Assembly (NCBI GenBank): GCA_947588945.1
Contig: CANPZY010000005.1
Span: 1-63,326 of the forward strand
Source: an uncultured Clostridia bacterium
GTDB taxonomy: Bacteria > Bacillota > Clostridia > TANB77 > CAG-508
Direction: 5' to 3'
DNA length: 63,326 nucleotides
In this document: positions 51,589 through 61,980 of the stretch, in pieces
How the letters are laid out: every line of letters starts with the position of its first letter
Position numbering within the stretch: position 1 is the first letter of the stretch
Translations under genes and position numbers: made by a program
Notes under the pieces: generated by a model
The model's database searches: none
What the model saw: the letters and a program-made list of their open reading frames with translations, nothing else
What the model was told of the DNA's origin: nothing

Positions 51589-51792
51589 ATGGAAGATTTT
51601 AAAAAATTTTTAAGTAAATATTGGGGCGGAATTTTAGGCGCAATAATAGCAATAATTTTAGCATTTACAGGATTATATAAGTTTATAATAGTAGTTGTTT
51701 TGGTTGTATTAGGAATATGGTTAGGAAACTATTTTCAACACAATAAAAATGACGTTAAAAACAAGCTAAAAAATTTTATAGATAAATGGTAA
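51589..51792 (+). CDS. DUF2273-like small integral membrane protein
   Basis: 67 aa with two TM helices. Third gene of the canonical asp23-amaP-DUF2273 arrangement. Confidence 0.6.
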   Translation: MEDFKKFLSKYWGGILGAIIAIILAFTGLYKFIIVVVLVVLGIWLGNYFQHNKNDVKNKLKNFIDKW

Positions 51793-51858
51793 AAATAATT
51801 AAACTACTATTTTTTAAATAGTAGTTTAAAATTATATTACATAATAAAAGGGGAAAAA

Positions 51859-52293
51859 ATGAACAGATCAAAAGCTAGAGAGGAAGCATTTAAATTATTA
51901 TATAGCTTTCAAGTAGTCAAAGATGATAATATAGAAGAGCAAATATCATTATTTATAGAGCAAGAAGAAATTTCTGATAAAGATGCAATAAAATACATTG
52001 AAAATATTATAAAAGGCGTTATGGAAAATGAAACAAAAATAGAAAAAGAAATATCTGAAAATATAAAGAAAGATTGGTCTTTATCTAGAATATCTAAAAT
52101 TGATTTAACTCTATTAAAACTTGGAATCTTCGAAATGTTATATTCTAAATTGCCTTTCAAAGTCGTTATTAATGAAGTAGTTGAATTATCTAAGAGTTAT
52201 GGTGATGATTCTTCAAAAGCCTTTATAAATGGAGTATTAGCTAGCATTGTAAAAAAATATTTAAATGATGAGAATAGTGAAATAATTTCATAA
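51859..52293 (+). CDS. nusB: transcription antitermination factor NusB
   Basis: [19 protein letters not shown] ... [19 protein letters not shown] ... [18 protein letters not shown]. Confidence 0.9.
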   Translation: MNRSKAREEAFKLLYSFQVVKDDNIEEQISLFIEQEEISDKDAIKYIENIIKGVMENETKIEKEISENIKKDWSLSRISKIDLTLLKLGIFEMLYSKLPFKVVINEVVELSKSYGDDSSKAFINGVLASIVKKYLNDENSEIIS

Positions 52294-52411
52294 TAAAGAA
52301 TGAATATAAATTTTAATTGGAAAGATGAAAATAATGAAATAATTTCATAATAAAGTATATATAAAATATAAATTTTTAAATATAAGTTTTTAAATTGGAA
52401 AGATAAAAATA
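52267..52411 (+). repeat. local tandem duplication spanning the nusB stop and the xseA start region
   Basis: The 32-mer gatga[g/a]aata[g/a]tgaaataatttcataataaag occurs at 52267-52298 and at 52324-52355. The sequence aattggaaagat[g/a]aaaataatg also occurs twice. Confidence 0.8.
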
Positions 52412-53614
52412 ATGGATATAGAGCCTATAACGGTAGAAGAATTAAATAAATACATTAAAACGAAAATTGATGGAGATGAATTTTTAAATAACGTATATGT
52501 GAGAGGCGAAATCTCTAATTTTAAATTACATTATACAGGACATATGTATTTTTCATTAAAAGATGAAAAGTCACTTATAAAATGTATAATGTTTAAAAAT
52601 AATGTTCAATATTTAAATTTTATGCCTAAAGATGGAATGAAAGTTTGCATTTTAGGCTCTGTTTCTGTATTTGAAAGAGATGGAGTTTATCAAATTTATG
52701 CAAAAGCAATGAAACAAGATGGAATAGGTTCACTATATGAAACTTATGAAAAAATGAAAGCAAAACTTGAAGAAGAAGGACTTTTTGACAAAGAGCATAA
52801 AAAGAGAATTCCAATGTTTCCAAAGACTATAGGGGTATTAACTTCATCAACAGGAGCAGTTATTAGAGATATAATTAATGTATCAACAAGGAGAAATCCA
52901 AATGTTAGGATAAGACTTATGCCAGTTCCAGTGCAAGGACCGGGAGCTGAGAAAGAAATTTCTTTAGCTATAAAAAAAGCAAATGAAGAAAAAATAGCAG
53001 ATGTATTAATAATTGGTAGAGGAGGAGGTTCATTAGAAGATTTATGGCCATTTAATGAAGAAACTCTAGCTAGAGCTATTTATGAATCTGAGATTCCTAT
53101 AATATCAGCAGTTGGACATGAAACAGATTTTACAATTGCTGATTTTGTAGCAGACCTAAGAGCGCCAACTCCATCTGCAGCTGCAGAGCTTGCTGTTCCA
53201 AATATTGCAGATGTAAAATATACGATTTCATCATATAAAAATAGATATAAAGTTGCTCTTAAGAAAAAAGTAGAATTAATGAAACTTAGATATGAAAAAT
53301 GTATGGCGAGAAGAGTATTTAAGGAACCTTTACAAAATATAAATGAAAATTATATTTTACTAGATAATTTAATAAAATCTATAAATAAAAATGTTATAAA
53401 TAAAATTAATAAAAGTAGATTATTACTTAATGAAAAAGCAAGCAAATTAGATGCTTTGAGCCCATTAAAAACAATATCAAGAGGTTATGCAATTACTGAA
53501 AAAGATGGAAAAATAATAAAAAGCATAAATCAATTAAAGTGTGGAGACAAGCTTAATATAAGATATAATGATGGAAATGTTAAAGCAAGTGTTGAAGAAA
53601 TAAATAATTTGTAA
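52412..53614 (+). CDS. xseA: exodeoxyribonuclease VII large subunit
   Basis: OB-fold N-terminus (VYVRGEISNFKLHYTGHMYFSLKD), GVLTSSTGAVIRDI and IIGRGGGSLEDLWPFN. Confidence 0.9.
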   Translation: MDIEPITVEELNKYIKTKIDGDEFLNNVYVRGEISNFKLHYTGHMYFSLKDEKSLIKCIMFKNNVQYLNFMPKDGMKVCILGSVSVFERDGVYQIYAKAMKQDGIGSLYETYEKMKAKLEEEGLFDKEHKKRIPMFPKTIGVLTSSTGAVIRDIINVSTRRNPNVRIRLMPVPVQGPGAEKEISLAIKKANEEKIADVLIIGRGGGSLEDLWPFNEETLARAIYESEIPIISAVGHETDFTIADFVADLRAPTPSAAAELAVPNIADVKYTISSYKNRYKVALKKKVELMKLRYEKCMARRVFKEPLQNINENYILLDNLIKSINKNVINKINKSRLLLNEKASKLDALSPLKTISRGYAITEKDGKIIKSINQLKCGDKLNIRYNDGNVKASVEEINNL

Positions 53615-53700
53615 AACTAAAATCCAATTTTAAGAACAATATTTATTTTTATAAAGTATAAATTATTGATTTGATGAAATGAGAAAGGAATAAAACATTT

Positions 53701-53913
53701 ATGAAGGAAGAATTAAATTTTGAAGATGCAATGACTGAATTAGAAAAAATAGCTGAGGAACTTGAAAAAGATGATTTAGATTTAGAAACATCTGTAAAAA
53801 AATTTGAACAAGGAATGGAACTTTCAAAAAAATGTAATGAAATATTAGAGAAAGCAGAAAAGAAAATTACAATACTTATAGATGGTGAAGAAAAAGATTT
53901 TGATGTAAATTGA
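53701..53913 (+). CDS. xseB: exodeoxyribonuclease VII small subunit
   Basis: FEDAMTELEKIAEELEKDDLDLETSVKKFEQGMELSKKC. Confidence 0.9.
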   Translation: MKEELNFEDAMTELEKIAEELEKDDLDLETSVKKFEQGMELSKKCNEILEKAEKKITILIDGEEKDFDVN

Positions 53914-53985
53914 TTTTTGGTTAAATATGGCTGGTTAAAATAAAAAATTAGTATAAATTTATTATAAAAGAAAGGAAAAATAAAT

Positions 53986-55635
53986 ATGAAAGACATTGAT
54001 ATAGCAAGAAATGCTAAATTAGAAAAAGTATGCAAAATAGCAGAAAAGCTAAATATTCCAGAAGAATATTTAGAACAATATGGAAAGTATAAAGCCAAAA
54101 TTTCAATAGACTATTTTGAAAAATTAAAAGACAAGCCTAATGGAAAGCTAATACTAACAACAGCAATTAATCCAACACCTTTAGGAGAAGGAAAAACTAC
54201 ATCAGCAATAGGACTTTCTGATGGACTTAATAAAATTGGAAAGAAATCTGTATTAGCATTAAGAGAGCCATCACTTGGACCTGTGTTTGGAATAAAAGGA
54301 GGAGCAACAGGTGGAGGATATTCACAAGTTGCACCAATGGAGGATATTAACTTACATTTCACAGGTGACATTCATGCAATGACTACTGCAAATAACTTAC
54401 TTAGCGCAATAATTGATAATCATATCTTTCATGGAAATGAACTTGAAATAGAAAAAGTAACATGGAAAAGATGTGTTGACTTAAATGATAGAGCATTGAG
54501 AAAAGTAGAAATTGGTCTTTCAGGAGAAAAGAATTTAGTTCCAAGAACTGATGGATTTGATATAACTGTTGCATCAGAAATAATGGCAATTTTATGTTTA
54601 TCAAAAGATATTAAAGATTTGAAAAGAAGATTAGGCAATATAGTTATTGGTTATAACAAAAAAGGAGAAGAAGTAACTTGTAGAGATTTAAAAGCAGAAG
54701 GAAGTTTAACAGTGGTATTGAAAGATGCGTTAAATCCTAACTTAGTTCAAACATTAGAAAATAATCCTGCAATTGTACATGGTGGTCCTTTTGCAAATAT
54801 TGCACATGGATGCAATAGTATAATTGCAACAAAAATGGCATTGAAACTTGGAGATTATGTTGTTACAGAAGCCGGATTTGGAGCAGATTTAGGAGCTGAG
54901 AAATTTTTAAATATTAAATGCAGAAATATTGGAATATCTCCAGATGCTGTAGTTATAGTTGCAACAATGAGAGCACTAAAATATCATGGAGGAGCAACTA
55001 AAGATGAAGCATCAGAAAAAAATGAAGAAGCATTAAGAATTGGAATTAGTAACTTAGTAAAGCATATTGAAAATATGAAATCTTTTGGATTAAATACAAT
55101 AGTTGCAATTAATAAATTTGAAAATGATTATGAAGAAGAAATAAAAATTCTTGAAGAATATATGAAAAAAGAAGATGTTCAATATAGCTTATTAGAAAAT
55201 TGGGAAAAAGGTGGAGAAGGAGCAATTGATTTAGCTAACAAGATAGTTGAATTATGTGAAAAGCCACATACTTTTAAAAATACTTATGATTTAGAAGATA
55301 GTACTAAAACGAAAATTGAAAAAGTTGCAAAGATCATATATGGTGCACATGGAGTAAAATACACATCAGAAGCAGAGGAGCAAATACAAAAAATAGGAGA
55401 TAGAAAAATTCCAATATGTATTGCTAAAACACAATATTCACTTTCTGATGATCAGAAGAATTTACTATGTGATAAACCATTTGATATTACAGTTCGCTCA
55501 GTAGAATTAAAAGCTGGTGCAGAATTTATAGTAGTAAAGACTGGAAAGATTATGACTATGCCTGGGCTTCCTAAAAAGCCAGCTGCAGAAAATATTGATT
55601 TAGATGAAAATAATAATATAGTTGGAATTTTCTAA
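53986..55635 (+). CDS. fhs: formate--tetrahydrofolate ligase
   Basis: TAINPTPLGEGKTT P-loop and EPSLGPVFGIKGGATGGGY. Confidence 0.95.
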   Translation: MKDIDIARNAKLEKVCKIAEKLNIPEEYLEQYGKYKAKISIDYFEKLKDKPNGKLILTTAINPTPLGEGKTTSAIGLSDGLNKIGKKSVLALREPSLGPVFGIKGGATGGGYSQVAPMEDINLHFTGDIHAMTTANNLLSAIIDNHIFHGNELEIEKVTWKRCVDLNDRALRKVEIGLSGEKNLVPRTDGFDITVASEIMAILCLSKDIKDLKRRLGNIVIGYNKKGEEVTCRDLKAEGSLTVVLKDALNPNLVQTLENNPAIVHGGPFANIAHGCNSIIATKMALKLGDYVVTEAGFGADLGAEKFLNIKCRNIGISPDAVVIVATMRALKYHGGATKDEASEKNEEALRIGISNLVKHIENMKSFGLNTIVAINKFENDYEEEIKILEEYMKKEDVQYSLLENWEKGGEGAIDLANKIVELCEKPHTFKNTYDLEDSTKTKIEKVAKIIYGAHGVKYTSEAEEQIQKIGDRKIPICIAKTQYSLSDDQKNLLCDKPFDITVRSVELKAGAEFIVVKTGKIMTMPGLPKKPAAENIDLDENNNIVGIF

Positions 55636-55752
55636 AAAAATGACTGTTAAAGTAATAATGTATTAAAATATATTTGAAATAATAAAAAAATAACAAGGTA
55701 GAGATAAAAAATTATAAGTAAAATAATGATAGTGAAAAGGATGTAAAAAAAT

Positions 55753-56262
55753 ATGGAGCAAGATAAAAATAAAAAAAGAAGTGATTATATTAGTTGGGAT
55801 GAATATTTTATGGCAATAGCAAAATTATCAGCTATGAGAAGTAAAGATCCATCCACACAAGTTGGAGCATGTATAGTAAGTAGTGATAATCGTATTTTAT
55901 CAATAGGCTATAATGGAGCACCAAATGGATTTGATGATGAAAAATTTCCATGGGCTAGAGAAGGAAACAATTTAGATACTAAATATCCGTATGTGTGTCA
56001 TGCAGAAATGAATGCAATATTAAATTTTAGAGGAAATAAAAAAGATTTAGAAGATTCAAAAATATATGTAGACTTATTTCCATGCAATGAATGTGCAAAG
56101 ATTATTATTCAATCTGGAATAAAAGAAGTTATTTATTTATCTGATAAATATGCTAATTCAGAAAATAATATTGCATCAAGAAAATTATTTAACGAATGTG
56201 GAGTTACTTATAAAAAGATTAATTTAACTGGCAAAACAGAAATAAAGATTGATTTAATTTAA
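55753..56262 (+). CDS. comEB: dCMP deaminase (ComEB-type)
   Basis: Zinc motifs CHAEMNAI and PCNECAK. Confidence 0.85.
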   Translation: MEQDKNKKRSDYISWDEYFMAIAKLSAMRSKDPSTQVGACIVSSDNRILSIGYNGAPNGFDDEKFPWAREGNNLDTKYPYVCHAEMNAILNFRGNKKDLEDSKIYVDLFPCNECAKIIIQSGIKEVIYLSDKYANSENNIASRKLFNECGVTYKKINLTGKTEIKIDLI

Positions 56263-56326
56263 ATATATTTTTTAAAGATTAAAATAAAAAAGGAGAAAAG
56301 TATAATTTTTTATACGAGAAATAAAG

Positions 56327-57484
56327 ATGGAAGAAAAGGATAATTTTAAAGACTTAACTATTAAAGAGCAAATTGCAGAGTTAGAAAAAAGATTAGAAGA
56401 AATATCACAAAAAATATATCAAGAAAGAAGTACAGAGATTTTAAGTGGAAGTATTGAAATAGAGGATATTTCATATAATTTAACTTCAGACAATGAGGTA
56501 GTATATGATATTACAATAAGAAATACAAATACAGGTGAAGAAAATCATGAATTTTATAATAAGGATTTAGATAAGATAGATACAGATAAAAGTAAAATAA
56601 AAGAGATGAAGTTAATGGGATATGATACATCAATGGCTGAGAAGCAAATAGAAGAAATGGAAAATTTAGAAAATAACCCTGATAAAATATCTTTGTCAGA
56701 AATAAAAGAACATGATAAAGAAATAGATGAATTATCTAAATCCTTAGGAATTTCTAGAGAAGAAGTAGCGCAATATGCAATAATTGATGCAAACCAAGAA
56801 GTTAAAGTAAAGGCAGATGAATTAGGAGGATTGCAAAATGATTTAATTCCATCAAATGAAAAGGTAAATGTACACTATAATATGAAGGATTTAATTGGTG
56901 GAGATTTTGTATCATACCAGATTGTAAAAACTAATGCAGGTATATATAAATTATTTGGAATAGATAAAAATAATTATGCTCAAGAAATAGGACAAGATGT
57001 AGTAGAAAAAATGAATATAACAAATCAAACAGTTAAATTAATACAAGAAAATGGAGAAGTTAAAGAAGCAAAAATACATGCAGCATTTAGAATAAAATCA
57101 CAAAGTGATGTTGATAGAGATCAAGTTATTGGAATATGTGATGATGGAACTAGTGATATGACATCATTTTATGGAAGAGGTGTAATTACAAATGAGCAAA
57201 TTGTTGCCGAGACAATTCCAAGTAAAACATATTCATCAGAAAAAATAGCAGATAGAGAACATTATTTTGATACCATGGAGAATGGTGTAAAAGAATTTAA
57301 TAGTGTAGATGATCAAATTGAAGAAGTTGCAGAAAGATATGATGTAGATGAAGATGAATTAAGGGAAGAAGTTATTAAATCAGTAGATGATCCTAGCAAT
57401 ATAACAAAAGATGAGATTGAAGATGTTGCTGATTTTTTAGCAAGAGAGCCTAAGTTAGAACCAAAAGAGCCAGGAACTAAGTAA
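56327..57484 (+). CDS. acidic hypothetical protein, 385 aa
   Basis: Long ORF on the co-directional strand. No family recognised. Confidence 0.45.
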   Translation: MEEKDNFKDLTIKEQIAELEKRLEEISQKIYQERSTEILSGSIEIEDISYNLTSDNEVVYDITIRNTNTGEENHEFYNKDLDKIDTDKSKIKEMKLMGYDTSMAEKQIEEMENLENNPDKISLSEIKEHDKEIDELSKSLGISREEVAQYAIIDANQEVKVKADELGGLQNDLIPSNEKVNVHYNMKDLIGGDFVSYQIVKTNAGIYKLFGIDKNNYAQEIGQDVVEKMNITNQTVKLIQENGEVKEAKIHAAFRIKSQSDVDRDQVIGICDDGTSDMTSFYGRGVITNEQIVAETIPSKTYSSEKIADREHYFDTMENGVKEFNSVDDQIEEVAERYDVDEDELREEVIKSVDDPSNITKDEIEDVADFLAREPKLEPKEPGTK

Positions 57485-57504
57485 ATATACAAAAGGAGTT
57501 ATTT

Positions 57505-58251
57505 ATGAAAGCATTAATTACAGGAGCTTCTTCTGGGATTGGAAAACAATTAGCAATTGAATTGGACAAAATAGGATATGAACTAGTATTAGTATCTAGA
57601 GATGAGGAAAAATTAAAAAAAGTTAAAAGTATTTTAAATGGCGAAAACATAGAAATAATTTCCTTAGACTTATCTTATATTGAAAATTGTAAAAAATTAT
57701 ATAGCATGGTTAAAGATGTAGATATATTAATTAACAACGCTGGATTTGGCGTATTTGGAGATTTTACAGATACTGATTTAGAAAAAGAACTTAAACTTAT
57801 TAATACAAATATTACAGCTGTTCATACTTTAACAAAATTATATTTAAAAGATATGATAGAAAAAGATAAGGGATATATTTTAAATGTTGCATCGATTGCA
57901 GGATTTATGCCAGGTCCACTTATGGCGACGTATTATGCTTCTAAAGCTTATGTAGTGAGACTTACAGAAGGAATTAAAGAAGAATTAAATAAGAGAAAAT
58001 CTAAAGTAAGAGTAGGAATTTTATGTCCAGGACCAGTCGATACTAACTTTAATAATGTTGCTGGAGTTAAATTTAATCTAAATTCATTAAGTAGTGAAAA
58101 AGTTGCTAAATATACAGTAAAAAAGATGTTAAAAAATAAATTTATGATTATTCCGGGAGTAAAAATCAAGATAGCAAAAAGCTTAGTAAAATTTATTCCA
58201 GAAACATTGGCTTCAAAATTTGTATATGTAATGCAAGAAAAGAAAAGATAG
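57505..58251 (+). CDS. SDR-family oxidoreductase
   Basis: TGASSGIGK cofactor motif, NNAG and catalytic YYASKAY. Confidence 0.85.
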   Translation: MKALITGASSGIGKQLAIELDKIGYELVLVSRDEEKLKKVKSILNGENIEIISLDLSYIENCKKLYSMVKDVDILINNAGFGVFGDFTDTDLEKELKLINTNITAVHTLTKLYLKDMIEKDKGYILNVASIAGFMPGPLMATYYASKAYVVRLTEGIKEELNKRKSKVRVGILCPGPVDTNFNNVAGVKFNLNSLSSEKVAKYTVKKMLKNKFMIIPGVKIKIAKSLVKFIPETLASKFVYVMQEKKR

Positions 58252-58384
58252 TAAAATATAAAGTTAATGTTAAAAAAAATAATTAACATAAAAAAGTGAA
58301 TTGACAAGTATTTTTTCATTATATATAATAATTAAAGAATCAATATATTTATAAAAATATATAATTTTGAAAGGGGAAAATAAA

Positions 58385-58981
58385 ATGAACAAAACAACTA
58401 AAATCACTATTACAGTAGTTGCAATTATTGCAGTTATTGTAGTCGTAGCAGTAATTCTTGTAAATGGAGGCAAATCTAAAAATAGTAATTTAACAGAAGT
58501 TAGTAGCGCAGATGACTTAATTAATGTAGTTAAAAAAGTATATGACGGTGTAAAGGTCGACTTATATAATGTAGAAAATAGAGAAATCGATTTAAGTGAT
58601 GCAAATATGGTAAAATCTTACACTGGTCTTGAAAATGGAGAGAATTTTGAATATGCAGTTGTATCAGAACCAATGATTAATGCTCAAGCTTATTCACTTG
58701 TAATAGCAAAAGTAAAAGATGGTGTAAATGCAAATCAAGTTGCAAAAGAGATGTCAGAAAAGGTAGATACAAGAAAATGGATATGTGTAATGGCAGAACA
58801 ATTATATGCAACCAATAGCGGTGATATAGTATTTTTAGTAATGACAGATGAAGAAAAAGCAAATGGTGTTTTTGAAAGCTTTAAATCTTTAGCTGGAAAA
58901 ACTGGAGAAGTATATGAAAAGATTACAGGAGATGGTGAATTACCAACTGATACAGATAGAATTATTGATATTGTAGAATAG
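58385..58981 (+). CDS. membrane-anchored extracytoplasmic protein (DUF4358-like, tentative)
   Basis: The ATG at 58385 follows aaagggga. Single N-terminal TM helix. Sits upstream of the MBOAT/DHHW pair. Confidence 0.45.
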   Translation: MNKTTKITITVVAIIAVIVVVAVILVNGGKSKNSNLTEVSSADDLINVVKKVYDGVKVDLYNVENREIDLSDANMVKSYTGLENGENFEYAVVSEPMINAQAYSLVIAKVKDGVNANQVAKEMSEKVDTRKWICVMAEQLYATNSGDIVFLVMTDEEKANGVFESFKSLAGKTGEVYEKITGDGELPTDTDRIIDIVE

Positions 58982-59054
58982 AAATAAAACAATTTTTTCG
59001 CTGGCAAATGATAGATAATATCTATTTTGTCAGCGATTTATTTAAGGAGAAAAA

Positions 59055-60446
59055 ATGGTATTTTCAAGTATTACATTTTTATTTTATTTTTTGCCAATAG
59101 TGCTTGGAGTTTATTATATAGTACCAAAAAAAATTAAAAATATTGTACTTTTAGTTGCATCATTCGTTTTTTATTTTTTTGGAGAACCAAAATATGTATT
59201 ATTAATGTTATTTTCTATTTTAACTACATACATATTTGGTATTTTAATTGATAAATATAGAAAAACAGAAAAATCAAAGATATTTTTAGCTATAGCATGT
59301 GCCATTAGCATTGGATTATTAGTTTACTTTAAATATGCAAATTTTTTAATAGAAAATATTAATCTATGGCTAAAAAATAAAGTAGACTTTATCAATGTAG
59401 CTTTACCAATTGGTATATCTTTTTATACTTTTCAAATGTTAAGCTACTTAGTAGATGTTTATAAAGGTAATGCAAAAGTACAAAAAAGTCTTTTAAAGTT
59501 AGCTATGTATGTGTCGCTGTTTCCACAACTAATTGCCGGTCCAATAGTAAGATATACAACAATACAAGACCAACTAGAAAACAGAACTCATACTATTGAA
59601 AAGTTTGCTTTAGGTGTTAGAAGGTTTATTATAGGACTAAGCAAAAAAGTTTTAATTGCAAATGTGTTAGGAGAGCTTGTAAGCACATTTTTATCAAGCA
59701 ATGAGATGAGCATATTATATTATTGGCTATATGCTATTTCTGCAATGCTTCAGATTTACTTTGATTTTTCTGGATATTCAGATATGGCAATTGGACTTGG
59801 CAAAATGTTTGGATTTGAATTTTTAGAAAACTTTAACTATCCATATATTGCAACAAGCATTACTGATTTTTGGAGAAGATGGCATATATCTTTAAGTAGT
59901 TGGTTTAGGGACTATGTATATATTCCACTTGGTGGAAATAGAACCACAAAAGTAAAGTGGTTAAGAAATATAATGATAGTATGGTTACTTACTGGATTAT
60001 GGCATGGAGCAGCATGGAACTTTGTTATATGGGGACTTTACTTTGGCATTTTGTTAATTGTAGAAAAGATATTCTTAGGAAAATATTTAGAAAAAATTCC
60101 AAAAATATTTTCACATCTCTATGTACTAATTATAGTAATGGTTAGTTTTATAATATTTAATGGTGATAATACATCAATGATTTTACAAAATATAGGTGGT
60201 CTTGTAGGTATAAAAGGTGTGCCTTTTATTTTACCTGAAAGTATATATTATTTAAAAAGCTATTTTATAATCATAATAATTGGAATAATAGGAGCAACAC
60301 CAATTCTAAAAAACATTGCTACATCAAAAAAATTGGAAAAGATAGTAAATGTATTAGAACCAGTATTTTTGCTATGCTTACTTGTAATATGTACTTCTTA
60401 TATTGTTGATGGTTCTTTTAATCCATTTCTATATTTTAGGTTTTAA
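59055..60446 (+). CDS. MBOAT-family O-acyltransferase (AlgI/DltB-like)
   Basis: ISFYTFQMLSYLVDVYKG ... FWRRWHISLSSWFRDYVYIPLGG with the conserved His. Confidence 0.85.
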   Translation: MVFSSITFLFYFLPIVLGVYYIVPKKIKNIVLLVASFVFYFFGEPKYVLLMLFSILTTYIFGILIDKYRKTEKSKIFLAIACAISIGLLVYFKYANFLIENINLWLKNKVDFINVALPIGISFYTFQMLSYLVDVYKGNAKVQKSLLKLAMYVSLFPQLIAGPIVRYTTIQDQLENRTHTIEKFALGVRRFIIGLSKKVLIANVLGELVSTFLSSNEMSILYYWLYAISAMLQIYFDFSGYSDMAIGLGKMFGFEFLENFNYPYIATSITDFWRRWHISLSSWFRDYVYIPLGGNRTTKVKWLRNIMIVWLLTGLWHGAAWNFVIWGLYFGILLIVEKIFLGKYLEKIPKIFSHLYVLIIVMVSFIIFNGDNTSMILQNIGGLVGIKGVPFILPESIYYLKSYFIIIIIGIIGATPILKNIATSKKLEKIVNVLEPVFLLCLLVICTSYIVDGSFNPFLYFRF

Positions 60447-60463
60447 AGAAAGGTAAAAAGTAA

Positions 60464-61546
60464 ATGAAAAATAAAATAATAGCAATTGGCTTTATAACCA
60501 TATTATTTGTATGCTTTACTTTAAACATTGTAAAAAAAGATAAGGAAATATCAATATCTGAAAGAAGAAAATTAGCAGTGTTTCCAACAATAACATTAAA
60601 AAATGTGCTAAATGGCAAAACTTCAGAAGAATTTGATAAATACACTGTAGATCAATTCATTTTTAGAGATTATTTTAGAAGTATAAAATCTTTTTGGTCA
60701 AATTACATATTTAAGAAAAAAGATAATAATGGACTATTTTTAAAGGATAATAGTATTTATAAAATAGAATATCCATTAAATGAAGAATATGTTAAAAAAT
60801 CTGCTGAGAAGATAAAAAATGTTTGTGAAAAATATTTAAATGAAGATATGAATATATATTATTCAATTATTCCAGATAAAAATTATTATTTAGAATCCGA
60901 TTATTTAAAAATAGATGTAAAAGATATGCAAAAGATAATGTCAAAAAGTTTGCCACAAATTAAGTATATTGATATTACAAATGATTTAAGTATTGAAGAT
61001 TATTATAAAACAGATTTGCACTGGAAACAGGAAAGTATTAGAAATGTAGTAAACACTTTCGAAAGTAAAATGAATTTAAAAGATACTTCAAACATTAATT
61101 ATGAAAAGCATGAATTAGGAGATTTTTACGGTACATATTATGGACAATTAGGCATGAGCTTGCCACCTGACAAAATAACTATTTTAAGTGATAGAATAAT
61201 AGAAAATGCAAATTGCTACAACTATGAAACAAATAAAATAGGAACTATATATGATATAAAAAAATGGCAAACATCTTCTGATAAATATGATATTTTTCTA
61301 TCTGGTGCAGTTTCACTTATTACAATAGAAAATAAATTTAATCAAAACGGAAAGGAACTTTTACTATTTAGAGATTCTTTTGGAAGCAGTATAGCTCCAT
61401 TATTGTTAGAAAATTATCAAAAAATTACTTTAATAGATTTAAGATATATTTCAAGCTCAATATTAAGCAATTATATTGATTTTAATAATCAAGATGTACT
61501 ATTTTTATATAGCTCATTAGTTTTGAATCAAAACGTGTTAAGATAA
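60464..61546 (+). CDS. DHHW-family protein (AlgX/AlgJ-like partner of MBOAT)
   Basis: N-terminal anchor, YYKTDLHWKQES (DxHW motif) and LLFRDSFGSS. Confidence 0.75.
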   Translation: MKNKIIAIGFITILFVCFTLNIVKKDKEISISERRKLAVFPTITLKNVLNGKTSEEFDKYTVDQFIFRDYFRSIKSFWSNYIFKKKDNNGLFLKDNSIYKIEYPLNEEYVKKSAEKIKNVCEKYLNEDMNIYYSIIPDKNYYLESDYLKIDVKDMQKIMSKSLPQIKYIDITNDLSIEDYYKTDLHWKQESIRNVVNTFESKMNLKDTSNINYEKHELGDFYGTYYGQLGMSLPPDKITILSDRIIENANCYNYETNKIGTIYDIKKWQTSSDKYDIFLSGAVSLITIENKFNQNGKELLLFRDSFGSSIAPLLLENYQKITLIDLRYISSSILSNYIDFNNQDVLFLYSSLVLNQNVLR

Positions 61547-61624
61547 TAGGAGTTTTCTAGAAAGTTGTTTTAATAAGTTATATTGAAAAAATATAGAAAT
61601 AAAATTTATAATGATATTGATTTA

Positions 61625-61980
61625 TGAATTTTAGTTATAAAATAAAATCATTAGAAAATTTATTTTTTATTTAATTAATTTAAAAGATTAATAAAAAATA
61701 AATATAACTAAAATATAGCAAAATAAAGTCAATTATAGAATAAAAAGAAATATAAAAATTATTACAAAAATGTAAAGAAAATTAATTATAAACTCTTGCA
61801 AAATCATTGATATAAATGAATTGCAAGAGTTTATACTTTTTTATTAATCTTTTAACTTAATAAAACATATAGAAGTAAAGTATTATAAAGTATTGACTTA
61901 ATACTTTATAAATAATAAAATTAATATAAATAATAAATATAAAAAAAGCAAATAATAAAAAAGAAGGAGAAAAGCGAAAG
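61625..61980 (+). promoter_or_regulatory. conserved upstream module of pilin-like paralog 3
   Basis: IR at 61681-61698 / 61837-61854 with a compensatory outer base pair. Hairpin around 61789-61832. The -35 is at 61893-61898 and the -10 at 61916-61921. Confidence 0.7.

Noticed and set aside
53649-54098. 149-aa minus-strand ORF.
   Set aside because: It overlaps xseB and the start of fhs on the opposite strand. The translation is low-complexity and Ser/Phe-rich, typical of antisense Lys/Glu-rich coding sequence.
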